Assembly (NCBI GenBank): GCA_963851265.1
Contig: CAWKNZ010000002.1
Span: 736,001 to 800,000, forward strand
Direction of reading: 5' to 3'
Length of the DNA: 64,000 nt
Origin: an uncultured Gemmatimonadales bacterium
GTDB taxonomy: Bacteria > Gemmatimonadota > Gemmatimonadetes > Gemmatimonadales > Gemmatimonadaceae
Shown: positions 1 to 11,765 of the stretch, piece by piece
How the letters are laid out: every line of letters starts with the position of its first letter
How positions within the stretch are numbered: the stretch's first letter is position 1
Program-made: the position numbers and the translations under genes
The notes under the pieces: generated by a model
Database searches by the model: none
Seen by the model: the letters and a program-made list of their open reading frames with translations, nothing else
Told to the model about the DNA's origin: nothing

Positions 1-628
1 GCTGGTGCCGCACCACGATCGCCGTCCACCCGAGCGCGAGCGCGGTGGCGGGGAGCACGAGGTGGCGAACGCGGTCGGCGACGCGCTCGGGCGCGGTGAA
101 CAGCGCGTCGGCGAGCGGATCGGCGTATCCCCCCGATGGCAGCCACGCGAGCCGAAGCGCGACCACGGCGACGAGCGCGAGCCCGATCACGAACTCGGGT
201 GCGGCGTGCAGCACGACCGTGGCGCCGACGAGGGCGCGGGCGAGCGGGTGTCGTGGGCGCCACCCGGCGAACGCGCCGGTCGCGACGCCGGCGACGAAGG
301 CGAGTGCGAGCGCGGTGCCGACGAGGAGCGCGGTGCGGGGGAGGGCGTCGGCGAGGACGGCGGCGACCGGGCGCTGCTGCGAGACCGACCAGCCGAGGTC
401 ACCGTGCAGGGCGGCGCCGATCCAGCGCGCGTACTGTTCGGGTACCGGGCGGTCGAACCCGAAGCGCGCGCGGAGCGCGGCCCGCGTGGCCTCGCTGATC
501 GTCGGCTGGTCGAGCATCGCCGCGACCGGGTCGCCGGGCGCGAGGTGCAGGAGCAGGAAGCTCGCGGTGGCGGCGACCAGCACGGTGACGGCCGCGTGCA
601 GCAGGCGGCGGAGCGCGAGGCCTAACAC
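1..628 (-). CDS. Peptide/nickel ABC transporter permease (OppB/DppB family), truncated by the window edge
   Basis: Manual minus-strand translation from GTG at 628: VLGLALRRLLHAAVTVLVAATASFLLLHLAPGDP...RFGFDRPVPEQYARWI...HGDLGWS, the typical OppB N-terminus. Lies downstream of an OppA-like gene. Absent from the ORF track because there is no stop in the window. Confidence 0.85.
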   Translation of the reverse strand, partial: MLGLALRRLLHAAVTVLVAATASFLLLHLAPGDPVAAMLDQPTISEATRAALRARFGFDRPVPEQYARWIGAALHGDLGWSVSQQRPVAAVLADALPRTALLVGTALALAFVAGVATGAFAGWRPRHPLARALVGATVVLHAAPEFVIGLALVAVVALRLAWLPSGGYADPLADALFTAPERVADRVRHLVLPATALALGWTAIVVRHQ

Positions 629-675
629 GAATCGGTGCGGACGGCCGGTGGGCGGGGGTGGCGGCGCCGGCGCGG

Positions 676-2388
676 TCAGCGCAGGCCGACGCGGTCGCGG
701 CTGATGCGCTCGCGGGCCGGAATGGACCAGTCGGCGAGTCGCGTCCACCATCCGTCCGCGCGCAGCCCCACGACGCGCACGCGGCGGTGGACGCCGGCGA
801 CGAGTCGGGGCTCGAACAGCCAGACGGCCGGCGCATCGTCGACGATCGTCTGGTACGCCCGCAACCAGTGTGGGCGCGCCCTGGCCGGGTCGCTCGTGAA
901 CAGGGCGCTGTCGACCTGCGCGTCGAAGGCGGGGCTCACGTAGCTGCCGAAATTGGAACCCGCGGCGGAACGCGCGCCCGCGGTCCCCCACGTCTGTCGG
1001 ATGCTCACGGGGCTCGGGTCGGTGTGCCAGCCGCCGACAACCGCGTCGAAGGTGCGGGCGCGTTCGCGGTCGCCGAACGCGGCCAGGTCGAGCGGCTGGA
1101 TCGTGACGCGTGCGCCGACGTTCCGCAGTTGCTCCTGCAGGAGCACCGCGAGTCGCTGGCGCACGGCGCTCGAGGTGGGCACGAGGATGGTGAAGGCGAG
1201 CGGAACGCCACCCTTGGCGCGGATTCCGTCTGCGCCCGGCACCCAGCCGAGCGTGTCGAGCAGGGCGCGCGCTGCACCGACATCGTACGGCAGCTGCTTG
1301 AGGCGACGCCACTCGGGGAAGAGCGCTCGCGGCACCGGGCCGACCGCGACGTCGGCGAGCGAGTCGAACGCGTTGCGTACGATGCGCTCGCGGTCGACGG
1401 CCATGGTCAGCGCGCGGCGCAGGTCGCGGTCGGCGAACAGCGGGTGTGGACGCGCCGAGCCGTCGGCCGCGCGCAGGTTGAACTGCAAGAACCCATAATC
1501 GAGCGATGGGTAGGGCACGAGCCGCACCGTGCGCAGCCGCGCCGTCTGTCCGAACGACTCGGGGCGCAGATTCTCGAAGAAGTCGGCGTCACCGGCCAGG
1601 AGCTGGATCGTGGCGCTGCCGAAGTCGGGCGCGACGTTCCAGACGACGCGATCGAGCTTGGGGCGGCCGCGATAGTTGCCCGGATCGGCGGCGAGTTCGA
1701 GCCGCTGGTTGGGCGTCCATGCCCCGAAGCGAAAGCGGCCGCTCCCGACCGGGTGCCGCGCGAACTCCGATTGTGCCAGCCGATCGCGGGGCGCGCGCGC
1801 GAGCAGATGCTCCGGGAGCACGTACAGGTTGTACGTGACATCGTAGAACTGCGTCGGGAGGCGCCGCTTGTACCAGAACGTCGCGGTGAGCGAGTCATTC
1901 GCCGTGACCGAGTCGACGTTCGAGAGGAGTGGCGCGAGCGGACTGGCCGTGGCGGGATCGGTGTAGAGCCCGAAGCTGAACACGACGTCGCGCGCGCGCA
2001 CCGGCTGTCCGTCGTGCCAGCGTGCGCCGGGCGCGAGATGGAAACTGACCGAGAGCGAGTCCTTCGCCCAGGTCCAGCGATCGCTCAGGCGCGGGCGGAA
2101 GCCGCGGTCGCCGACCGTGTTGAGGGAGTCGCCCAAGTCGGCGAGGCGGTCGTAGACCTGATCGATGGGCGCGCTCGCCTGCGTCGTGGCGGCGAGCGGG
2201 GGGAGAAGCACGCCGGGGTCCGCGGCCGTCGCGACGATGACGGTGCCGCCCACGTCGTCGGTGGCCGGGACCGGGGTGGCCACGTCGCCGCGACACGCGA
2301 CCGCGCCGAGGACGGCGAGTGCCGCGACGCGCGCGCCGGCGCGGCGCCGCACGGCGTGGGAGGGAACGCGGCAGGAACGAACGGGCAT
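676..2388 (-). CDS. Peptide ABC transporter substrate-binding lipoprotein (family 5, OppA/DppA-like)
   Basis: Lipobox-like LGAVAC; family-5 motifs FHLAPGARWHDGQPVRARDVVFSF, PVGSGRFRF, DRDLRRALTMAVDR. Confidence 0.9.
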   Translation of the reverse strand: MPVRSCRVPSHAVRRRAGARVAALAVLGAVACRGDVATPVPATDDVGGTVIVATAADPGVLLPPLAATTQASAPIDQVYDRLADLGDSLNTVGDRGFRPRLSDRWTWAKDSLSVSFHLAPGARWHDGQPVRARDVVFSFGLYTDPATASPLAPLLSNVDSVTANDSLTATFWYKRRLPTQFYDVTYNLYVLPEHLLARAPRDRLAQSEFARHPVGSGRFRFGAWTPNQRLELAADPGNYRGRPKLDRVVWNVAPDFGSATIQLLAGDADFFENLRPESFGQTARLRTVRLVPYPSLDYGFLQFNLRAADGSARPHPLFADRDLRRALTMAVDRERIVRNAFDSLADVAVGPVPRALFPEWRRLKQLPYDVGAARALLDTLGWVPGADGIRAKGGVPLAFTILVPTSSAVRQRLAVLLQEQLRNVGARVTIQPLDLAAFGDRERARTFDAVVGGWHTDPSPVSIRQTWGTAGARSAAGSNFGSYVSPAFDAQVDSALFTSDPARARPHWLRAYQTIVDDAPAVWLFEPRLVAGVHRRVRVVGLRADGWWTRLADWSIPARERISRDRVGLR

Positions 2389-2438
2389 CTACGCGAGAAC
2401 GAGGAGAACGCGCGGGCGTCGCGGCCGGACGGGCGCGT

Positions 2439-3272
2439 TCAACGACGCCATGTCCAGACCGGATCGCGGTAACGAGGCAGCAACCGTGCGACCTCGTCAC
2501 GGAGCGTCGGGTCATCAAGGGGTAGCCAGCCTGACCCGCGAGACGAGGCGTTCGCGCCGTCGCCCGCACCGATCGCGGCGGCGAAGCGTTCGGCCGCCCC
2601 GAACAGCGCCTCGGCGATCTCGTCCGCAGCCGGTGCGCGACCGAGGACCGCGCGGAGCGTAGCCGGCGGCGCGTAGATCGGCAGCGGCGCCAGCGCACAA
2701 CAGCCGATCAGCGATTGGTCGTTCTCGATGAGGATGGATCCGTGCTGCAGTAACGCGCCGCCGTTACGCCACTGAGCCGACCCGACGAGCTTGCGCGCGG
2801 TCTCGTCGACGGATGCGACGAGTTCGCCGGCTGCGGGCGCCTCGAAGCACGGCGCGCCGTCGGGGCGGCGCGCGCGCCCCGCGGCCGCGGCGGCCGCGAC
2901 CGGAGCGCCGAGCGATTCGAGCGCGTCGGCGAGCATCGCGGTGATGCGGCCGTAGGCGGCGCTGAGGGGCGCGCCGGCGGGGGCGAGCGCGTCGGTGGGC
3001 GCGACGACGCTGTAGGTCAGTTCGCGCGCGTGGAGCACGGCGCGGCCGCCGGTCGGGCGGCGGACGACGTCGATGCCGTGCGCTGCGGCGCGGTCGGGAT
3101 CGTATATCCCGCGCGCCGTCTGGTTGCGGCCGAGCGAGAGGGTCGGGCGGCTCCAGGTGTAGGAGCGCACGACCACGTCGCCGGTGCGGCGCGCGTGGTC
3201 GAGCAGCGCCTCGTCGAACGCCATGTTCGTCGCACCGTCGAGCGGTGGGGTACGAAAGAGGTGCATGCGCAT
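2439..3272 (-). CDS. Lipoate-protein ligase A / LipM family protein
   Basis: GATNMAFDEALL, PTLSLGRNQ, VVRRPTGGRAVLH, CFE, KLVGSAQ, LLQHGSI. Start set at ATG 3272, 8 nt downstream of a TAGCTT -10-like hexamer. Confidence 0.9.
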   Translation of the reverse strand: MRMHLFRTPPLDGATNMAFDEALLDHARRTGDVVVRSYTWSRPTLSLGRNQTARGIYDPDRAAAHGIDVVRRPTGGRAVLHARELTYSVVAPTDALAPAGAPLSAAYGRITAMLADALESLGAPVAAAAAAGRARRPDGAPCFEAPAAGELVASVDETARKLVGSAQWRNGGALLQHGSILIENDQSLIGCCALAPLPIYAPPATLRAVLGRAPAADEIAEALFGAAERFAAAIGAGDGANASSRGSGWLPLDDPTLRDEVARLLPRYRDPVWTWRR

Positions 3273-3280
3273 CGGCGCGT

Positions 3281-3286
3281 AAGCTA
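3281..3286 (-). promoter_or_regulatory. Putative -10 element (TAGCTT) of a leaderless lipoate ligase transcript
   Basis: TAGCTT followed by 8 nt, then ATG; the same pattern recurs at many genes. Confidence 0.5.
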
Positions 3287-3330
3287 TGTACGCGGGATCT
3301 CCGCACGATGTGCTGCACGATGCGCTCGTC

Positions 3331-3375
3331 GCGCGTGCGCCGGGCGCGCGTGCGCCGGGCGCGCGTGTGCCGGGC
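3331..3375. repeat. 15-bp tandem repeat x3 (GCGCGTGYGCCGGGC)
   Basis: Units at 3331, 3346 and 3361 in the divergent lipoate ligase/gcvP intergenic region. Confidence 0.85.
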
Positions 3376-3403
3376 GCGCGCCGCGAACCATACCGGCCAC
3401 CGA

Positions 3404-3409
3404 TAGCTT
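3404..3409 (+). promoter_or_regulatory. Putative -10 element (TAGCTT) of gcvP
   Basis: TAGCTT, 8 nt, then ATG 3418; no Shine-Dalgarno. Confidence 0.5.
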
Positions 3410-3417
3410 TACTCCCC

Positions 3418-6342
<2,925 letters not shown>

Positions 6343-6362
6343 TCGGACGCGGGCGGCGCGGG

Positions 6363-6400
6363 TGGCGTGGGGCGGGGCCTAACGGTCCCGCCCCCCGTCA
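6363..6400. terminator. GC-rich hairpin between convergent gcvP and gcvH
   Basis: Stem GGGGCGGGGCC (6369-6379) / GGTCCCGCCCC (6384-6394) with loop TAAC; no long U-tract. Confidence 0.5.
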
Positions 6401-6475
6401 CTCCGGCGCGAGCGCGGAGTCGAGCCGCGGCCTCACGCCGTCCTGAGGCGGCCCGCTACGGCGGCGTCGCCGCGA

Positions 6476-6862
6476 TTACCCGACGAGCTCCCCGTACGCC
6501 GCCGCGTCCATGAGCCCCGAACGGTCCGCGTCGCCCGCCACGCGCAGCTTCACCATCCACCCGTCGCCGTACGGGTCGCTGTTCACGAGCGCGGGCTCCG
6601 CGTCGAGGCGCGGGTTGACCTCGACGACCTCGCCGGCGACGGGCATGTACAGTTCGCTGACCGCCTTCACGGCCTCGATCGTTCCGAACGTGTCGTGCGA
6701 GCCGAAGCTCGCCCCCGGCTTCGGCAGGTCGAGGTAGACGATGTCGCCGAGTTCGCCCTGCGCGTAGTCCGTGATGCCGATGACGACGACCGCGGGGTCG
6801 TCGGTTGGCTTCACGTACTCGTGTTCCTTGGTGTACTGCAGACCTTCGGGGACGTTGGCCAC
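6476..6862 (-). CDS. gcvH: Glycine cleavage system H protein
   Basis: YTKEHEY, GITDYAQGELGDIVYLDLP, lipoyl-Lys motif IEAVKAVSELY, VNSDPYGDGW. Confidence 0.97.
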   Translation of the reverse strand: MANVPEGLQYTKEHEYVKPTDDPAVVVIGITDYAQGELGDIVYLDLPKPGASFGSHDTFGTIEAVKAVSELYMPVAGEVVEVNPRLDAEPALVNSDPYGDGWMVKLRVAGDADRSGLMDAAAYGELVG

Positions 6863-6919
6863 GGCGTGCTCCAGGGTGTGCGCGTGCGGTTCGGCGCGAG
6901 GGCGTGAACGCGCGCCAGT

Positions 6920-7528
6920 CTAGGCCGCGGTGGCACGCGCTTCAAGCGCCCGCCAGACTTCGTCGACGGCCGCCGCGAGCGCGACCCGGTCGCCCGCGTT
7001 CTCGATCACATAATCCGAGCGCGCGCGTTTCAGCTCCGCCGGCATCTGCGCCGCGATCATCGCCATCGCCTCGTCGGCGAGCAGACCGCGGTCGCGCACG
7101 AGGCGCTCGAGGCGCAGCTCACGCGGTGCGTCGACGAGCACCACGACGTCGACCTCGTCGGCGAGGTCGCGTTCGAACAGGAGCGGGACGTCGTAGACGA
7201 CGAGCTGGTCGCCGCGCGCGCGGGCGGCGGCGACCGCGTCGTTGCGCAGGCGGGCGACCTCCGGGTGCACGATCGCGTTGAGCGCATCGAGCTCGCCCGA
7301 CGTTTCGAACACGCGCGCGCGGAGCCCCGCGCGATCGAGCGTGCCGTCAGCCGCGAGCACGTCGCCGCCCCACCGCGCCGCGATCGCGGCGAGCGCAGGC
7401 GATCCGGGGCGTACGGCGTCGCGCGCGAGCGCATCGGCGTCGATGAGCGTGGCGCCGCGCGCGGTGAGGAGGCGCGCGACGGTGGACTTCCCAGCCGCGA
7501 TGTTGCCCGTGAGGCCGACGAGGAGCAT
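6920..7528 (-). CDS. coaE: Dephospho-CoA kinase
   Basis: MLLVGLTGNIAAGKSTVA (P-loop), IDAD, LNAIVHPEV, DVPLLFE. Confidence 0.95.
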   Translation of the reverse strand: MLLVGLTGNIAAGKSTVARLLTARGATLIDADALARDAVRPGSPALAAIAARWGGDVLAADGTLDRAGLRARVFETSGELDALNAIVHPEVARLRNDAVAAARARGDQLVVYDVPLLFERDLADEVDVVVLVDAPRELRLERLVRDRGLLADEAMAMIAAQMPAELKRARSDYVIENAGDRVALAAAVDEVWRALEARATAA

Positions 7529-7641
7529 GCGCGAAGGTACGGACGCCTCGCACGCGCGACAATACGCGCGCGCGCTACGACCGCTTTGTACCGGCAGCCG
7601 TCGCCCGCTGCGGCTGGGGCGGTCCCGCAGCCGCGTCGTGA

Positions 7642-8253
7642 TCAGAGCAGCGACGTCTGCGCGTCGTCGCGGCGCGGCACCTCGTGGCACGCGCGGCAGC
7701 GCGCTTCGTAGCTGTCGGCCGCGCCGACCATGATCGTCGGCGAATCGTAAGGCGCGGGGCGGCCCGCGATCAGGCGCTGGTTGCGGCTTGCGGGGGCGCC
7801 GCAGAGCACGCAGATCGCGTGCAGCTTGTCGACCAGTTCGGCCACCGCCATGAGCTGCGGCATCGCGCCGAACGGCTCGCCGCGGAAGTCGGTGTCGGTG
7901 CCGGCGAGGATCACGCGCCGGCCGCGCGCCGCGAGCTCGGTCGCGACGTCGACGATCGCGGCGTCGAGGAACTGCGCCTCGTCCACGGCGACGACGTGGG
8001 CGCCGGGGTCGAGCCGGAGCATGAGCTGGCGCGCCGAATCGATCGGCACCGCTTCCACGGTACGCTGGTCGTGACTCGACACCGCGAACACGCCGGCGTA
8101 GCGGGCGTCCAGGTGCGACTTGAAGACCTGGACGCGGCGGCGCGCGATGAGCGACCGGCGCACGCGCCGGATCAACTCCTCACTCTTGCCGCTGAACATC
8201 ACGCCGGCGATGACCTCGATCCACCCGCCGGCGGTCTGGAACCCGTCTGGCAC
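7642..8253 (-). CDS. tdk: Thymidine kinase
   Basis: GVMFSGKSEELIRR, VDEAQFL, GTDTDFRGEPFG, Zn ligands CVLC and CRAC. Confidence 0.96.
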   Translation of the reverse strand: MPDGFQTAGGWIEVIAGVMFSGKSEELIRRVRRSLIARRRVQVFKSHLDARYAGVFAVSSHDQRTVEAVPIDSARQLMLRLDPGAHVVAVDEAQFLDAAIVDVATELAARGRRVILAGTDTDFRGEPFGAMPQLMAVAELVDKLHAICVLCGAPASRNQRLIAGRPAPYDSPTIMVGAADSYEARCRACHEVPRRDDAQTSLL

Positions 8254-8265
8254 GCGCGCCCGCGC

Positions 8266-10248
8266 TCAGCTCTCGGTGATCTCGTCCGCGTCGTGGCCCG
8301 CGCGGCCGCGCGGCGCGGCGTCGCGCGCCTCGTCGCGCGCCTCGGTGCTCCCGCCGGCGTTAGGCCGTGCGCGGCGCAGGCGCTCGGCCCGCTCCGCCCA
8401 CTCGCCGCGCTGCTCGGCCCGCTCGCCGACGCCGCGGTCGTCGGGCGCCCCGAAGCCGCGCGGGCCGTCGCGACGCGCGTCGAACCCACGGCCACCGCCG
8501 GCATAGCCTCCGCCCCCGAAGCCGCCCCCGAACCCGCCGGCGCGCTCCGGCCGATCGCCACGCGGCGGGCGGTCGCCGCGGTCGCCGCGGTCGGGCCGTT
8601 CGGCGCGGTCACCCGGGCGGGGCGAACGCGGCCCACGGGCGTCGCCGCGCGGATCGCCGCGCCCCTCTCCCCGACCGCCCCCCGGACCGCCGCGCGCGCC
8701 GCCGGCCGGCGCCTCGCGCTCGGGGCGGACCGCGACGCGACGGCCGCGGATCATCGTCCCGTTGAGCTTCGCGATCACGCGCTCCGCCGTCGCGGCGTCG
8801 ACCTCGACCAGCGAGAAGCTGTCGCGCAGTTCGATGCGCCCGATCTTGTCGCTCGTGATCCCGGCCTCGCCGGCGATCGCGCCGACGAGGTCACCGGCGC
8901 GGACCTCGTCGCGCGTGCCGACCGTGAAGAACAGTCGCACGCTCCCCTTGGGTGGCGGAGCGGCCGGCGCGACGCCGGGTGCGCCGGCCGCGGCCGGCAT
9001 GGCCACCGTCGCGCGGCGCGCGCGTTCGCGCTCGAGGATCCGCACCGCCGCCGCGGCGAGGTCCGCCGCGTCGAAGTCGGCGAGGAGGGGCTCGAGTGCG
9101 ATCACCTCGCGAGGTGGTAAGCCGCGCTCGAGTTCCGCGCGCAGCTCGCTGCGGAGCGCCTCGTCGCGCGCCCGCGCCCGACGCGCGGCATCGCCGAGCG
9201 CGAGTGCGCGGACCGCCCCACCGGCGAGCGCCCGGAGCGCTTCGAGCTGCCGCGGCTGCACGAGCGCGACCGTCTGGCCGGGTTGCGCGGCGAGCACGCG
9301 GTCGAGCGCCTCGCGCGTGACGGGCAGATCGTACAGCACGGCGAGCGCGACGTGCGCTGGCGGCGCGGCGTCGCGTACGAGCGTGACGGCGCCGGCCGCC
9401 GCGGCCACCGGCGCGGCGCCGAGCGCGGCGGGGTCGTCCGACGCGGCGTCGTCCGCGCCGTGCCCGGCCGCCGGTTCGGCCGGCATGCTCGGATAGCCGA
9501 GCGCGGCGCGCGCGTGCTGAACCTCGCGCGCGGACGCGTCGTTGGCGACCACGATGGCCGCGGTCACCGGATCGAGTTCGTCGAGCACTCGGCGCAGCGC
9601 GGCGGGGCGTGCCGCGGCCGACGTGAGGACGTACGCGATTGGCGCCGACACCGGCATCCCGGCGCCCGCGCCCTCGACGCGACGCGCGCGCCAGAGCACG
9701 CGTCCGGCGAGCGCCTCGACCGCGTCGGTCGCGTGCGCCGCGACGAGGATGCGTGCGGCCTCGCGCGGCACCTCGGCGATCACCGCTTCGAGGTCGGCGG
9801 CGTCTGGGGCGGCCAGGATCTCGTCCGCCCACGCCAGCGCCAGCGTACGCACGCCGTCGAGCTTGAGCGTGGCGCCGCGCACGAGGGCGGCGAGGGCGGC
9901 CGGCGTGCCCGCCACGGCTGCGGGCATGCTGCCGGCGGCCTGGCGCGCCGCGAGCTGGCGCGCGGCGCGCTCGGGGCGCCCCACCGGCAGCACGAGCGGC
10001 GTTCCGGCCGCTTCTCCACCGCGTCGGGCGAGGGCGACCTCGGCGATCGCGAGCGCCGTCTCGGCGTCGGGCGTGACGACGAGCAACTGCGGGCCGGCAG
10101 CCTGCGGGTCGAGGCGGTCGAGCGACGCGCCGAGAAACGTCGGAATCGTTCCCCAGTCGTGCGGGAGCGTGTAGACGAGGTGCTGGGCGCGCGTGCCGCC
10201 CGGCGCGCCCTGCTCGGTTTCGGTGTCGGTCGTATCGGTCATGGTCAT
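8266..10248 (-). CDS. Degenerate DEAD-box-helicase-like protein with a DbpA RNA-binding domain and an RG-rich tail
   Basis: Remnant motifs PQLLVVTP, VAGTP, LALAWADEIL. DbpA domain RLFFTVGTRDEVRAGDLVGAIAGEAGI...IGRIELRDSFSLVEV. Low-complexity RG/GGF C-terminus. Confidence 0.75.
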   Translation of the reverse strand: MTMTDTTDTETEQGAPGGTRAQHLVYTLPHDWGTIPTFLGASLDRLDPQAAGPQLLVVTPDAETALAIAEVALARRGGEAAGTPLVLPVGRPERAARQLAARQAAGSMPAAVAGTPAALAALVRGATLKLDGVRTLALAWADEILAAPDAADLEAVIAEVPREAARILVAAHATDAVEALAGRVLWRARRVEGAGAGMPVSAPIAYVLTSAAARPAALRRVLDELDPVTAAIVVANDASAREVQHARAALGYPSMPAEPAAGHGADDAASDDPAALGAAPVAAAAGAVTLVRDAAPPAHVALAVLYDLPVTREALDRVLAAQPGQTVALVQPRQLEALRALAGGAVRALALGDAARRARARDEALRSELRAELERGLPPREVIALEPLLADFDAADLAAAAVRILERERARRATVAMPAAAGAPGVAPAAPPPKGSVRLFFTVGTRDEVRAGDLVGAIAGEAGITSDKIGRIELRDSFSLVEVDAATAERVIAKLNGTMIRGRRVAVRPEREAPAGGARGGPGGGRGEGRGDPRGDARGPRSPRPGDRAERPDRGDRGDRPPRGDRPERAGGFGGGFGGGGYAGGGRGFDARRDGPRGFGAPDDRGVGERAEQRGEWAERAERLRRARPNAGGSTEARDEARDAAPRGRAGHDADEITES

Positions 10249-10411
10249 TCCCGTGATTCTCGCGGCTGCGCCCAGGCCGGCGCGCTCGCCGGACCACCCG
10301 CCGTCTGCTCGTTTGTCAACACGTCGTTTGCCGACACGCGACGCGCCGTGGACCCCGCACGCGGGTTTCGGCGCGCCGCACGCCGAACGCTGCGGGGCGG
10401 AAACATAGCGC

Positions 10412-10417
10412 TATCTT
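10412..10417 (+). promoter_or_regulatory. Putative -10 element (TATCTT), leaderless
   Basis: TATCTT, 7 nt, then ATG 10425. A divergent TATGTT lies on the minus strand at 10402-10407. Confidence 0.5.
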
Positions 10418-10424
10418 CTGCGAC

Positions 10425-10703
10425 ATGATCACGACGATCGTGCTCGTCAAGGCCGACCCGAAATCCATCGTCGCCGCCGCGACCCGCATCGCGGGCTTCG
10501 AGGGCGTGGGCGAGGTGTACTCGGTGTCGGGCGAGTGGGACCTCGTCGCCGTCGTGCGGGTGGCGGAGTACGAGCAGATCGCCGACGTGGTGACGCACCA
10601 GATCGCCGGCGTGCCCGGGGTCGAGCGGACCCAGACGCTCACCGCGTTCCGCACGTACTCCAAGGCCGACCTGGAGCAGGCGTGGGACATCGGCGTCGAG
10701 TAG
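10425..10703 (+). CDS. Stand-alone Lrp/AsnC ligand-binding domain protein
   Basis: 92 aa; EVYSVSGEWDLVAVVR...GVERTQTLTAF; no HTH. Confidence 0.88.
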   Translation: MITTIVLVKADPKSIVAAATRIAGFEGVGEVYSVSGEWDLVAVVRVAEYEQIADVVTHQIAGVPGVERTQTLTAFRTYSKADLEQAWDIGVE

Positions 10704-10754
10704 CCGCGCACCGCGCGCCGCGTCGGGCGGCGCGTTCCGCCGGCGCCTAACGTC

Positions 10755-11765
10755 GTGCAGCCGAGCGTCCACGACGTCCGCCGGAGGCTGGGCGCGCTGC
10801 TCCCGTCCGCCGCGCTCGTCGGCGCGGACGACGGCCCCGGCCTCGAGCGCACCTCGGGCCCCCCGGTGGACCCGCCGCGCGTGCGAGCGGCCGCGCCCGT
10901 CGAGGGGCATGCGGTGCGCGCGCGGCGCGTGCCGGCCGCGGTCGCGCCGGAGCAGGGGTTCTCGGCGTTCCTCGACGGCACGCAGCACTCGCGCGTGATC
11001 GGCTACGTGGACGGGCTGCCGGTGGTGCACGGCACGGTCGCGGCGGTGGTGCGCGTGCGGCGCAACCGCCGCCTCACGACGTGGGGGCGGGGCCCGGTGG
11101 TCGAGCGCCGCGTCTACGCCCCGCTCGCGTGCTTCGCCGCGTCGGCCCGCGCGGCGCTCGACGCGCTCGCGGCCGAGCTCGGGCTCGACCTCGTCGACAC
11201 GGCCGAGCCCCGGCCGGGCGAGGACGTGATCTCGGCCCACCCGTTCGCGGTGAGCGACCGCGCGCTCGGCATGGTGAAGGAAGACCGCGAGCGCGCGGAG
11301 AAGGCGCTCGCGGAGCGCTGGTGCCGGCAGGAGCACGAGCCGCTGTTCGTCGACGGCGGGATTCAGGAGAGCGAACTCGTGGCGCGCGCCGGGTGCGTGG
11401 CCGGCGTGGTGAAGAGCCACCGCACGCTCTACGTCGACGCCGACGCGCTACGCACGGTGCTCGGGCTGCGGCAGGGGGAGCGGTCGACGGCGTTCCTCGT
11501 CGGCGGCGGGCGCCGCGCGACGGTGGCCAGCTGGTACCTGCGGCTGCGCGACCCGGCGGGGCACGACCCGATGTGGGGCCTCGTGCGCGTCGAGGCCGCC
11601 GCGCCCGACCCGGCCGAGGCGCCCGACGCGTTCACGGCGCGGCTCGACCGGCTGTCGCGGTGGATCGCGGCGGAGGCGGCGCCGCTCTCGCTACCCGACG
11701 CGCGGTGGGACAAGCTGGCGTACGGGGTACACGACTGCGAGCAGTTCCTGCGCGCAGTGTGTTAG
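10755..11765 (+). CDS. NurA-like nuclease domain protein
   Basis: FLDG, LFVDGG, GVVKSH, GERSTAF, SWYLRLR, GLVRVE and a C-terminal E-containing helix; the pattern matches bacterial NurA-domain proteins. Confidence 0.7.
   Translation: MQPSVHDVRRRLGALLPSAALVGADDGPGLERTSGPPVDPPRVRAAAPVEGHAVRARRVPAAVAPEQGFSAFLDGTQHSRVIGYVDGLPVVHGTVAAVVRVRRNRRLTTWGRGPVVERRVYAPLACFAASARAALDALAAELGLDLVDTAEPRPGEDVISAHPFAVSDRALGMVKEDRERAEKALAERWCRQEHEPLFVDGGIQESELVARAGCVAGVVKSHRTLYVDADALRTVLGLRQGERSTAFLVGGGRRATVASWYLRLRDPAGHDPMWGLVRVEAAAPDPAEAPDAFTARLDRLSRWIAAEAAPLSLPDARWDKLAYGVHDCEQFLRAVC

Noticed and set aside
3273..3417. Glycine riboswitch upstream of gcvP
   Set aside because: No recognisable aptamer sequence, and a -10-like box lies only 8 nt before the ATG, leaving no leader.
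8420..8720. DNA-level repeat element in the helicase-like gene
   Set aside because: Explained by low-complexity protein sequence (RGD/GGF repeats).
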